The position numbers and the translations under genes are program-made. A stretch of DNA of 64,000 bases, from positions 3,410,001-3,474,000 of the forward strand of contig CATNEN010000038.1 in NCBI GenBank assembly GCA_950097015.1, written 5' to 3'. Of this stretch, positions 38,503 through 50,300 are shown in pieces; within the stretch, counting starts at the first letter, position 1; every line of letters begins with the position of its first letter. The notes under the pieces are model-generated. The model was not told the DNA's origin, searched no databases, and saw nothing but the letters and a program-made list of their open reading frames with translations. Source of the stretch: Macrostomum hystrix. Its lineage: Eukaryota; Animalia; Platyhelminthes.

Positions 38503-38839
38503 ATTGATATCGTAGTAAGTGTTTCTTTTGTTTATTAAATATAATTTAAAATGTGGTATTAAATTGAAATCTATATTTTATTTATTTTTCCGTCACTCAT
38601 AAATACGGTGAAAAAATGCACAATGAAAAAGAAACTAATAGTAAAATAAATGTTCAGTCGTTGCACACATGGCGTAAATATATTTATTGCAAGGAAACAC
38701 AAGCATATATTTAATGATAGATTAAAACTGTGTAAATTAACATTTTTAATTGCTTGAAAACGTTGCTGTACCGCTGGCTGCTGCTGCTATGCAACTGTAC
38801 GCAGTTGCTATATTTTGCTATTGCAGCTAAAAAAAGTTG

Positions 38840-41800
38840 CTACGCAGCTGACCACAGTCCCCTACCTAGCATGGCGCGGATAGCGTTGCGGCCACTGGCT
38901 GCATCGGCAGCGTCGGCCGCGGCTGCCTCCAGGTATTTCCGTCGGAGTCGGCGCTCATAGGCGCAATCCGCGGTCAGGTACTCCAGCGGCATGTAGTGCT
39001 CAGACTCCGAGCCATTGACGTACAGAAGCAGATTATGCTCGCCGGTTCGATAGTAGGTTCGAACTATTCGCTTTCTGCGCTCCGTCAACTGGAAGGAGAC
39101 CCGCTCCCGGTAGACGCAGTAGCTGACGATGTCACCGGAGATGACTGTAAAAGCCGCCACCAGTTCATACTTCTTCCTGCATCTATCCGGCTGCTTTGGC
39201 GAAGCAAACACCGTCGATGATGCCTTGTTGATCTTGGCGTCAAAGTGGCGCCGGAGCAGGTCCCGGCAGTCGTCGTCCATTAGGACTGCGGCGGGAACTG
39301 TCGACATCAGTGACGAACCGACGAGGCGGAGCGGCTGATGTCGTGTCTGCAGCTGCTGTTGCTTCGAAGGCTTTGAGCTGTCCGACTGCTGCTGCGAATG
39401 CTGATGACTGCTGCTGGAAGCAGCCGTGGCAGAGCCTGTGGGCGAAGCCAGGGGGTGACAAAGCTTGAACTGATACTGCTACCTGAAGAGTCTGGGGGAG
39501 AGACCATTGCAACCACCTGAAGGTTCAGGAGTAGACAGAATGCTTCAACTACCTGAAGGTTCAGGGGTACACAGAATGCTGCAACTACCTGAAGGTTCAG
39601 GGGTACACAGAATGCTGCAACTACCTGAAGGTTCAGGGGTACACAGAATGCTGCAACTACCTGAGGGTTCAGGGGTACACAGACTGCTACAACTACCTGA
39701 AGGTTCAGGGGTACATAGAATGCTGCAACTACCTGAAGGTTCAGGGGTACATAGAATGCTGCAACTACCTGAAGGTTCAGGGGTACATAGAATGCTGCAA
39801 CTACCTGAAGGTTCAGGGGTACACAGAATGCTGCAACTACATGAAGGTTCAGGGGTACACAGACTGCTACAACTACCTGAAGGTTCAGGGGTACACAGAA
39901 TGCTGCAACTACCTGAAGTTTCAGGGGTACACAGAATGCTGCAACTACCTGAAGGTTCAGGGGTACACAGAATGCAGCAACTACCTGAAGGTTCAGGGGT
40001 ACACAGAATGCTGCAACTACCTGAAGGTTCAGGGGTACACAGAATGCTGCAACTACCTGAAGGTTCAGGGGTACACAGAATGCTGCAACTACCTGAAGGT
40101 TCAGGGGTACACAGAATGCTGCAACTACCTGAAGGTTCAGGGGTACACAGAATGGTGCAACTACCTGAAGGTTCAGGGGTACACAGAATGCTGCAACTAC
40201 CCGAAGGTTCAGAAGTACACAGAATGCTGCAACTACCTGAAGGTTCAGGGGTACACGGACTTCTGCAACTACCTGAAGGTTCAGGGGTACACAGAATGCT
40301 GCAACTACCTGAAGGTTCAGGGGTACACAGAATGGTGCAACTACCTGAAGGTTCAGGGGTACACGGACTTCTGCAACTACCTGAAGGTTCAGGGGTACAC
40401 AGAATGCTGCAACTACCTGAAGGTTCAGGGGTACACGGACTTCTGCAACTACCTGAAGGTTCAGGGGTACACAGAATGCTGCAACTACCTGAAGGTTCAG
40501 GGGTACACAGAATGGTGCAACTACCTGAAGGTTCAGGGGTACACGGACTTCTGCAACTACCTGAAGGTTCAGGGGTACACAGAATGCTGCAACTACCTGA
40601 AGGTTCAGGGGTACACAGAATGCTGCAACTACCTGAAGGTTCAGGGGTACACGGACTTCTGCAACTACCTGAAGGTTCAGGGGTACACAGAATGCTGCAA
40701 CTACCTGAAGGTTCAGGGGTACACAGACAGCTGCAACTACCTGAAGGTTCAGGGGTACACAGAATGCTGCAACTACCTGAAGGTTCAGGGGTACACAGAA
40801 TGCTGCAACTACCTGAAGGTTCAGGGGTACACAGAATGGTGCAACTACCTGAAGGTTCAGGGGTACACGGACTTCTGCAACTACCTGAAGGTTCAGGGGT
40901 ACACAGAATGCTGCAACTACCTGAAGGTTCAGGGGTACACAGAATGCTGCAACTACCTGAAGGTTCAGGGGTACACAGAATGCTGCAACTACCTGAAGGT
41001 TCAGGGGTACACAGAATGCTGCAACTACCTGAAGGTTCAGGGGTACACAGAATGCTGCAACTACCTGAAGGTTCAGGGGTACACAGAATGGTGCAACTAC
41101 CTGAAGGTTCAGGGGTACACGGACTTCTGCAACTACCTGAAGGTTCAGGGGTACACAGAATGGTGCAACTACCTGAAGGTTCAGGGGTACACGGACTTCT
41201 GCAACTACCTGAAGGTTCAGGGGTACACAGAATGGTGCAACTACCTGAAGGTTCAGGGGTACACAGAATGCTGCAACTACCTGAAGGTTCAGGGGTACAC
41301 GGACTTCTGCAACTACCTGAAGGTTCAGGGGTACACAGAATGGTGCAACTACCTGAAGGTTCAGGGGTACACAGAATGGTGCAACTACCTGAAGGTTCAG
41401 GGGTACACGGACTTCTGCAACTACCTGAAGGTTCAGGGGTACACAGAATGGTGCAACTACCTGAAGGTTCAGGGGTACACAGAATGCTGCAACTACCTGA
41501 AGGTTCAGGGGTACACGGACTTCTGCAACTACCTGAAGGTTCAGGGGTACACAGACAGCTGCAACTACCTGAAGGTTCAGGGGTACACAGAATGCTGCAA
41601 CTACCTGAAGGTTCAGAGGCAGAAATCATTGCAACAATTTGAAGATTTTAGTTGATAAGAAAGCTTAAAAGAAAAAAGAAAAGCTTCGAATGCCTCACAA
41701 GTTTGTGGATCACTAATTGCTTGGGTTTTGATCTTGGACCTCAACCAAACAGCTATTAGTTTATTCTTAGGCTGGTCTGCTTTTTGCAATGCCGTAGAAG

Positions 41801-44658
41801 CATTTTTCACTGCCCAGAAGAAGCTCAAACAAGCAAGCAAAAAATGCTCCAGACGTTAGTTCTGTCAACCAAATTTCTTTGACATTTTTAAACCAATGGC
41901 TGTGCTGACATTGAATTCATTTTTTTTCGTTTTCATGCTCATGACTATGAATACACTTTTGCAACGCTTCCAATTCACTTCATGGGTTATAAATTATATT
42001 TCTAAAGTATTGATTTCTCCGCTATTCTTAAAATGTTTCTGAGGAAGCGCTTAAAGCAACAGATAAGAGACTAAATTGAGACGAAAACTTTCTTTTTTTC
42101 CCACACTCCACTCTCTTTCCAACCCTCTCTTCCCTTGGAGAGAGAAGATACTCGTACATCTCTCCTCTCTCCTCTCTCCTGTCTCCCCATTTCTCCCCTC
42201 CAACGAAAAATATGAAAATATTCAAGTTTGAATATTAGTTTTCAACTTCTATTTCAAACTAAGTAACTTCAATTTCGCCCGGCGGCTCTCGGGCTGGCGT
42301 TAGTAACTTCAATTTCGCCCGGCGGCTCTCCGGCTGGCGTTAGTAACTTCAATTTCGCCCGGCGGCTCTCCGGCTGGCGTTAGTAACTTCTATTTCGCCC
42401 GGCGGCTCTCCGGCTGGCGTTAGTAACTTAAATTTCGCCCGGCGGCTCTCCGGCTGGCGTTAGTAACTTCAATTTCGCCCGGCGGCTCTCCGGCTGGCGT
42501 TAGTAACTTCAATTTCGCCCGGCGGCTCTCCGGCTGGCGTTAGTAACTTCAATTTCGCCCGGCGGCTCTCCGGCTGGCGTTATAGTAACTTCAATTTCGC
42601 CCGGCGGCTCTCCGGCTGGCGTTAGTAACTTCAATTTCGCCCGGCGGCTCTCCGGCTGGCGTTAGTAACTTCAATTTCGCCCGGCGGCTCTCCGGCTGGC
42701 GTTAGTAACTTCAATTTCGCCCGGCGGCTCTCCGGCTGGCGTTAGTAACTTCAATTTCGCCCGGCGGCTCTCCGGCTGGCGTTAGTAACTTCAATTTCGC
42801 CCGGCGGCTCTCCGGCTGGCGTTAGTAACTTCAATTTCGCCCGGCGGCTCTCCGGCTGGCGTTAGTAACTTCTATTTCGCCCGGCGGCTCTCCGGCTGGC
42901 GTTAGTAACTTCAATTTCGCCCGGCGGCTCTCCGGCTGGCGTTAGTAACTTCAATTTCGCCCGGCGGCTCTCCGGCTGGCGTTAGTAACTTCTATTTCGC
43001 CCGGCGGCTCTCCGGCTGGCGTTAGTAACTTCAATTTCGCCCGGCGGCTCTCCGGCTGGCGTTAGTAACTTCTATTTCGTCTTGCATTTTTTCATCCAGC
43101 TTCAAACATTAATATAGGCCATGATGCGCTGAAATTTCCGGCCACCCTTTCGAGCTGGATCCCGCAGTCCAGTGCGACGGAAACGCGTAATGATGGATCA
43201 TTACGCGTCGTTTGCTTGTTGATCCCCAACTGGACAGCAAGCTGCAGCCAGTCAGCATTTTTTTCAAATGCAGAGATCAGGCGCTGGCGGTCTGTTTGAG
43301 ACACCTTTCCGTAATTTCCGCGAGGCATTTCTGTGACTTGAACAAAGTTGTGTGACATGATTGAGAGATCTCGTTCCCAATATATATATTAATATGATTA
43401 AACATATTATAATAAGACTGGAGCTTCAAGAGCGGCTGGATGTGAAAGTGTCGGCGCTATTCAATTATCCGATTAGCTGAGTTTATTGTGATTCTGTGCT
43501 ATAGGGTCATAAATTCACAGGGCCAAAAATCTCACGACACTCGAAAGAGAATTATTATAATTCCACTGCGGCGGAGTCGGTGGCGGCGTCGGCGAAGATC
43601 AAAGACAAGTACAAAATCCGAATTTCACAGAGCGGACGCAAACACAAATCGCTGTGCTGAAGAGATGAAATAGATGTTACTAATCGGGTACACACGAGCA
43701 GCCCCTCCCCTCGGGCGAAATTGAAGTTGCTTAGTTTGAAATACCTTGTAGAAGTTGAAAACCAATACTTAAATAAAACAGCGCTTCTTCTTAAAAGCTT
43801 CAGTGCCGGGGATTGGAGCAGCCATCTCTCCCATCTCTCTCTCCTCTCTCTCCCCTCTCCCCTCTCTCCTCTCTCTCCTCTCTCCCATCTCTCCTCTCTC
43901 TACTCTCTCCCCTCTCCCCTCTCTCAACTCTCCAATCTCTTATCTCTCCTCTCGGGGAGTTGTGGGGCGCTGCCGCAATCGATTACAATATGTTGAGATG
44001 GAAGGCTGGATTTGAACAAGCGCCAATAGCCTAATGGCTAGAGCGCTAGGCTAGACTCTACTGATGAGCTCCAATAAGAGCGAAACACGTCTGGAGTTGC
44101 CTTGGTTCGAATCCTGATTTCATTTTTTTTCGATACATATCGGAATCGATTCCAACATTAGATTATTGAAATTCAATGGGCAGTGTCCTCTCTCCTCTCT
44201 CCCGCTCTCTCTCTCCCTCTCTCCCCCTCTCCCCTCTCTCCTCTCTCCTCTCTCCTCTCTCCCCTCTCCTCTCTCTCCCCTCCCTCCCCTCTCTCCTCTC
44301 TCCTCTCTCCCCTCTCCTCTCTCTCCCCTCCCTCCCCTCTCCCCTCCCTCCCCTCTCCCCTCCCTCCCCTCTCCCCTCTCTCCTCTCTCCCCTCTCCCCT
44401 CTCTCCTCTCTCCCCTCTCTCCTCTCTCTACCCTCTCCTCTCTCTCCTCTCTCAACTCTCCAATCTCTTATCTCTCCTCTCTCCCATCTCTCCTCTCTCT
44501 CCTCTTGCTTACTCTATCTCTCCGTTCTCAACGCCTCAGCCATTCTGCTCACCGCAGTGGTTTACGCTGGTGTCATCAACCGTGAGCAGATCCACCAGCG
44601 ACAGCTTCAGGGGCACCACGGTAGACGCTGAGTCTTCGTAGTCGAAACTCATCACCAT
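38840..44658 (-). CDS. Uncharacterised protein (~233 aa), two coding exons
   Basis: Exon 44553-44658 (MVMSFDYEDS..VNHC G|gtgagc) joins in phase 1 to exon 38840-39435 (cttcgcccacag|GC TCT..), which is open through the GC-rich ORF to its stop. I recognise no family. Confidence 0.6.
39507..41616. repeat. 33-bp minisatellite (CAACTACCTGAAGGTTCAGGGGTACACAGAATGCTG-type)n
   Basis: About 64 tandem copies within the intron of the uncharacterised gene. Confidence 0.95.
42227..43772 (-). mobile_element. Internally deleted Tc1/IS630-like DNA transposon relic with inverted termini
   Basis: 42227-42282 matches the reverse complement of 43712-43772. The minus strand at 43075-43328 encodes a broken N-terminal HTH: MPRGNYGKVSQTDRQRLISAFEKNADWLQLAVQLGINKQT / IITRFRRTGLRDPARKGGRK / KLDEKMQDEI. 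Confidence 0.7.
42262..43079. repeat. 40-bp minisatellite (AGTAACTTCAATTTCGCCCGGCGGCTCTCCGGCTGGCGTT)n
   Basis: About 20 copies. The unit overlaps the inner end of the transposon's left inverted repeat. Confidence 0.95.
43824..44505. repeat. CT-rich low-complexity tracts (43824-43953 and 44186-44505) flanking the ribozyme unit
   Basis: Polypyrimidine runs. Both contain the same ~35-bp CTCTCTCAACTCTCCAATCTCTTATCTCTCCTCTC. Confidence 0.85.
44020..44130 (+). ncRNA. Type I hammerhead ribozyme nested between Pol III A and B boxes (tRNA-like scaffold) with a T8 terminator
   Basis: A box TAGCCTAATGG 44027-37; stem I GACTCTA 44054-60 / TGGAGTT 44092-98; core CTGATGA 44061-67; stem II GCTC-CAATAA-GAGC; GAAA 44082-85; minimal stem III; GTC cleavage triplet 44089-91; B box GGTTCGAATCC 44104-14; T8 44123-30. 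Confidence 0.8.
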
Positions 44659-45009
44659 GAAGGATGCACGAGGAAATACAAAGCAATTTCCAGCAAGTTG
44701 GTCCCGTCCAGGTCAACTGGCGGCTGATTAACGAGAGAATAAATTTCAAGCAAGCCAAAACAACTGAGACAGTTTTTTTCTACTTGACTCAAACGCCCAT
44801 TGGTCCAGCAGTTAATTAATGAGGAGTGGAGAGAGAATGGGAAGAGGTGGTGTGGACTTCCTATAGAAAACCTGTTGGTTGCCAGGAGCAACGGTAGACA
44901 ATGCCCAAAACTGCCCTGAAGAACCGGACTTCGACGTTGCCAAATCTCAAACCCCAACACTTGCAGGTGCCAAATTAGCTAGGCGATAATCCGATCCATG
45001 TGATTCTGG

Positions 45010-45820
45010 CTCTCTCTGTCTCACCCTGTCTCACCCTGTCTCTCACTGTCTCACCCTGTCTGAACCTGTCTTACTCTGTATTACTCTGTATTACTCTGTA
45101 TTACTCTGTATTACTCTGTATTACTCTGTATTACTCTGTATTACTCTGTATTACTCTGTCTCTTATCCTGTCTTTCACTGTCTCTCACTGTCTTTCACTG
45201 TCTCTCACTGTCTCACCCTGTCTCTCACTGTCTCACCCTGTCTCTCACTGTCTCTCACTGTCTCACCCTGTCTCTCACTGTCTCTCACTGTCTCACCCTG
45301 TCTCTCACTGTCTCTCACTGTCTCACCCTGTTTCTCACTGTCTCTCACTGTCTCACCCTGTCTCTCACTGTCTCACCCTGTCTCTCACTGTCTCACCCTG
45401 TCTCTCACTGTCTCTCACTGTCTCACCCTGTCTCTCACTGTCTCTCACTGTCTCACCCTGTTTCTCACTGTCTCTCACTGTCTCACCCTGTCTCTCACTG
45501 TCTCACCCTGTCTCTCACTGTCTTTCACTGTCTCTCACTGTCTTTCACTGTCTCTCACTGTTTCTCACTGTCTCTCACTGTCTCACCCTGTCTCTCACTG
45601 TCTTTCACTGTCTCTCACTGTTTCTCACTGTCTCACTCTGTTTCTCACTGTCTCACTCTGTTTCTCACTGTCTCACTCTGTTTCTCACTGTCTCACTCTG
45701 TTTCTCACTGTCTCACTCTGTTTCTCACTGTCTCACTCTGTTTCTCACTGTCTCACTCTGTTTCTCACTGTCTCACTCTGTTTCTCACTGTCTCACTCTG
45801 TTTCTCACTGTCTGACTCTG
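45010..45820. repeat. 10-bp minisatellites (TCTCACTGTC / TTACTCTGTA)n
   Basis: Tandem 10-mers. Confidence 0.95.
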
Positions 45821-46377
45821 TATCCCAGTTTCTATATCTGTATTGTTTACGTGAGTCCGAACTATTTTTCAAAAGTACACTCACACTCCATATATTAACA
45901 GTTTACCCCTATAGAATCTTTGTACGTCTCTGTTTGCCCAGCTTCATTCCCATCCAATGAAGTTCACTTGCATGTTGCTGTTTTCAGAGTAAACTGACTT
46001 AGACTCGTTGAGACACGCAAGTACCATGTTGTTATTTTTCATTCAAACTATGCACTCGGAGTATCGCATGAAATGATATACTCCTATTATTGCCAAAACA
46101 AACATGCAATGCAGGAATCTAATGTTTTATTCAGCACCCGTTGGAGTCGGGCCGGGAAGCTTACGAGGAAGAAAAACTATTTTCTTAAGAGCATATCACA
46201 GAGCAGCTCCGTGCACATTCTGATGATGCTGCATCACCTCTCCTTCATCAGTACAAAAAAAATCTATGCTAAATAAATTATTAACCTCAGGCTAGGCTAG
46301 GGGATAGTGCACTCAGGCTAGGAGATATTTTGAGTAACGTTGAGTGGTCTCTGAAGGAGCGTAAGGATTGAGTAATA

Positions 46378-46920
46378 GATCAGGGATGGGGGGATTCAGT
46401 TAGGGATCAGGGATGGGAGCTAGGATTCAGTTAAGGATCAGGGATGGGAGCTAGGATTCAGTTAGGGATCAGGGATGGGAGCTAGGATTCAGTTAGGGAT
46501 CAGGGATGGGAGCTAGGATTCAGTTAGGGATCAGGGATGGGAGCTAGGATTCAGTTAGGGATCAGGGATGGGAGCTAGGATTCAGTTAGGGATCAGGGAT
46601 GGGAGCTAGGATTCAGTTAGGGATCAGGGATGGGAGCTAGGATTCAGTTAGGGATCAGGGATGGGAGCTAGGATTCAGTTAGGGATCAGGGATGGGGGGA
46701 TTGAGTAGAGGATCAGGGATGGGGGTTGAGTAGAGGATCAGGGATGGGGGTTGAGTAGAGGATCAGGGATGGGGGTTGAGTAGAGGATCAGGGATGGGGG
46801 TTGAGTAGAGGATCAGGGATGGGGGTTGAGTAGAGGATCAGGGATGGGGGTTGAGTAGAGGATCAGGGATGGGGATTGAGTAGAGGATCAGGGATGGGGG
46901 GTTGAGTGGAGGATCAGGGA
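46378..46920. repeat. 31-bp then 25-bp related minisatellites (GGATCAGGGATGGG core)
   Basis: The array switches unit at ~46690. Confidence 0.9.
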
Positions 46921-47352
46921 TGTGTATTTGAGGTTTTCTTTGTAGTTGAAAAAGCTGTACAAGCAATCTGATTAATATTTTCTGTCAGCCCACAACTGTT
47001 TTGCTATAATGTTATTTGTTGTATTTTTTTTCGCAACACAAGAAGCAGAGGATGCAAAAAAATTTGCCAGTCATCAAATTTAATTGAAAATATTATAATT
47101 AACTTTTCGGGGGTTGGGGTTATAAAAATGAAATTTTGGTTTCATAATTTTCAAAGAAACAAACAGAAAAGTGCATTCTGACGGCCTATACTAGCAATTT
47201 TTTTAATTTAAATTCTGTTTCAGAAGTAACATTTCTTAGTTAAACTAAAAAAAATCCAACCTAGTTCTGTTGCACTACTTGACAGCTTTTATGAGTAGCG
47301 AGTTGTGCACACAAGCGTAGAAAAAGTGCTTTCAAAAAAGGAACCAGACAGT

Positions 47353-50300
47353 CTACTCCGCTCCCGCATCGTCGGCATCCTCCGCCGCTGCTGCATCGTC
47401 GGCATCGTCGGCCGGAGCGTCGCCGCCATCGTCGGCGTCCGGTGGCGGAGGCGGCGCTCCGTCTTCGTCGGCGTCGGCTGCGGGGGCTTCGGCGTCTTCG
47501 TCGGCGTCAGCGGCGGGGGCTAATGCGGCGGCGGCAGTTTCGTCATCGTCCTGCGGCTTGGAATCTGAAAAAGAAAGTTTCGCGGATTATCAGATTCAAG
47601 CGCTTTCATAGCAGCAAAATCTATTTTTAGACTGCAATATTCGCCATACTCTACTCTTCCCTAGACTTAGTAGAGATGAAAACATTTACTAGCAGCTGTG
47701 CAAATCTCTTATTTTTTATATCAATGGAAAGAAACTTGTGCATGGAGAAACATAGAGAAAAAAAAGATCAAATAAATTCTGGGTCTACCAGACAGATGTG
47801 CAATTGCTAGTGGTAATTTCGCAAAAAAGTTGCAAGAAATGTACTTAGTAAAGTACAAGAAGGAAACTTTTATTTCGATTCGGTTATCTTCATACGCGCT
47901 TTCATGCAATGCTTAATTCCCAGATAACCAGGCTAAATTCCAGTTTAACAGGTACCATTACCTGGCTAAAAGGTACCATCGTCTGTCAAACAGGTACCAT
48001 CGTCTGTCAAACAGGTACCATCGTCTGTCAAACAGGTACCATCACCTGTCAAGCAGGTACCATCGTCTGTCAAACAGGTACCATCGTCTGTCAAACAGGT
48101 ACCATCGTCTGTCAAACAGGTACCATCGTCTGTCAAACAGGTACCATCACCTGTCAAGCAGGTACCATCGTCTGTCAAACAGGTACCATCATCTGTCAAA
48201 AAGGTACCATCGTCTGTCAAACAGGTACCATCGTCTGTCAAACAGGTACCATCGTCTGTCAAACAGGTACCATCGTCTGTCAAACAGGTACCATCGTCTG
48301 TCAAACAGGTACCATCGTCTGTCAAACAGGTACCATCACCTGTCAAGCAGGTACCATCGTCTGTCAAACAGGTACCATCATCTGTCAAACAGGTACCATC
48401 GTCTGTCAAACAGGTACCATCGTCTGTCAAACAGGTACCATCATCTGTCAAACAGGTACCATCGTCTGTCAAACAGGTACCATCATCTGTCAAACAGGTA
48501 CCATCGTCTGTCAAACAGGTACCATCGTCTGTCAAACAGGTACCATCGTCTGTCAAACAGGTACCATCGTCTGTCAAACAGGTACCATCGTCTGTCAAAC
48601 AGGTACCATCGTCTGTCAAACAGGTACCATCGTCTGTCAAACAGGTACCATCCCCTCGCTAACAGGTATCATTACCTGTGTACACCTGTGCTCCTGTCAT
48701 TTTCTGGTCAACGTGTGCTATTAGCTATCATACAGGCATTATCACCTGGTTAACAGGTATCACAACCCATTTATTATAATTTATTTTCTCTGAGTTGAAT
48801 AAAACTTAGCAGGAAAATAATTATAGCAACTAATTATTACAGTTCGGACAATAATTCGCATTGCTACAAATATAGTCCAATAGTGAAGCGCTCCTTAAAA
48901 TATACACAGAACACAGAGGTACATTTTGTTAAAATGGGCACCTGAACTATATTATGATAAAGGAGAAAAAAATATTTAGAATAGAAGCGAATCATAACAC
49001 ACAAGCAAGGAGGCTTCATAATTTTCACTGACATTTATCTAGGCTATAAAATTTTTTTAAAAAGAGGAAAAGAGGACAGAAAGTTAAAAGGTCAGATTTC
49101 GCAGGTTTTATACTTACTCATTCTGAGCACTGGTTCGAGTTTGAGAAAGCATTCTGACGCTTTTGCTGGCCGATTTGTCTGAACTCAAACTTATTTATTA
49201 ATTATTATCTAATAACTTTTGTGTACGAATTAAAATTTAAAGCTTGTATAAATAAATAAACAAAATATAAATTACACAGATATAAATTTAAACAAACTGA
49301 ATTCAAATCTCTAATTGCTCAAAATATTTTGCTAGACTATCGGCCGCTCAAACTCAGTCTGTCTGCGATCCGTTCGTCATTTTGTGATTTTAAAAAGGAG
49401 GGGAGGGTGAATGAAGCGATGAGACATTTTCACACTTTGACACTTAACATAAAACTGGGAGTTTTTTAATCTAAACTTTAAGTAAAATCCTCATTTAGGA
49501 GGTCACAATGGGATTTCAATGAATCAGGATTTCTGTGAATCGAGATTTCTGCGAATTAGCATTTATGTAAATTGGGATTTCTGAGAATTGGAATTTCTGT
49601 GAATTGGGATTTCTGTGAATTGGGGTTTCTGTGAATTGGGATTTCTGTGAATCGGGATTTCTGTGAATCGGGATTTCTGTGAATTAGCATTTATGTAAAT
49701 TGGGATTTCTGTGAATCGGGATTTCTGTGAATCGGAATTTCTGTGAATCGGGATTTCTGTGAATTAGGATCATTTCTGTGAATTAGGATTTATGCGAATT
49801 GGGATTTCTGTGAAACGGGATTTCTGTGAATTGGGGTTTCTGTGAATTGGAATTCCTATGAATTGGGATTTCTGTAAATTGGAATTTCTGTAAATAGGGA
49901 TTTCAATGAATCAGGATTTCGGGGAATTGGGATTCCTCGGCACATTCGGGATTTCTGCTAGTCGGTTTGTCTGGGAACATGTGATTTCTGTAAATTAGGA
50001 TTTGCATTGCAATGAACGGCACAGAACAATTGCTTGCATTCAAATGCGCAGATTTACTGACAGCAGCAGCAACTCACCGTCTCCGCCTTCTCCGTCGTCT
50101 GCAGCATCCGCGCCCGGCTGCTCCATCGCCCCGACTGTGTCAGCCGAGGTCACGGGAGGCGGCGCGTCCTCCGTGATTTTCGTGATGGCGCCGGCCTTCC
50201 ATTTTGGCACAATGACGGCAGCCTCCTCTTCCTCTTCGCCCTTATCTTCGGTGGCCTTCGAGGTGTTAAAAGTTAGACGAGAATGAATGACGAGAATGAG

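Noticed and set aside
39507-41655. Long ORFs (711, 694 and 604 aa) in three frames
   Set aside because: They result from a stop-free 33-bp tandem unit inside an intron, with no unique coding flanks.
44640-44657. 18-nt match (AGTCGAAACTCATCACCA) to the RTE-like element at ~37401
   Set aside because: No flanking homology. Both encode VMSFD, so it is probably coincidence.
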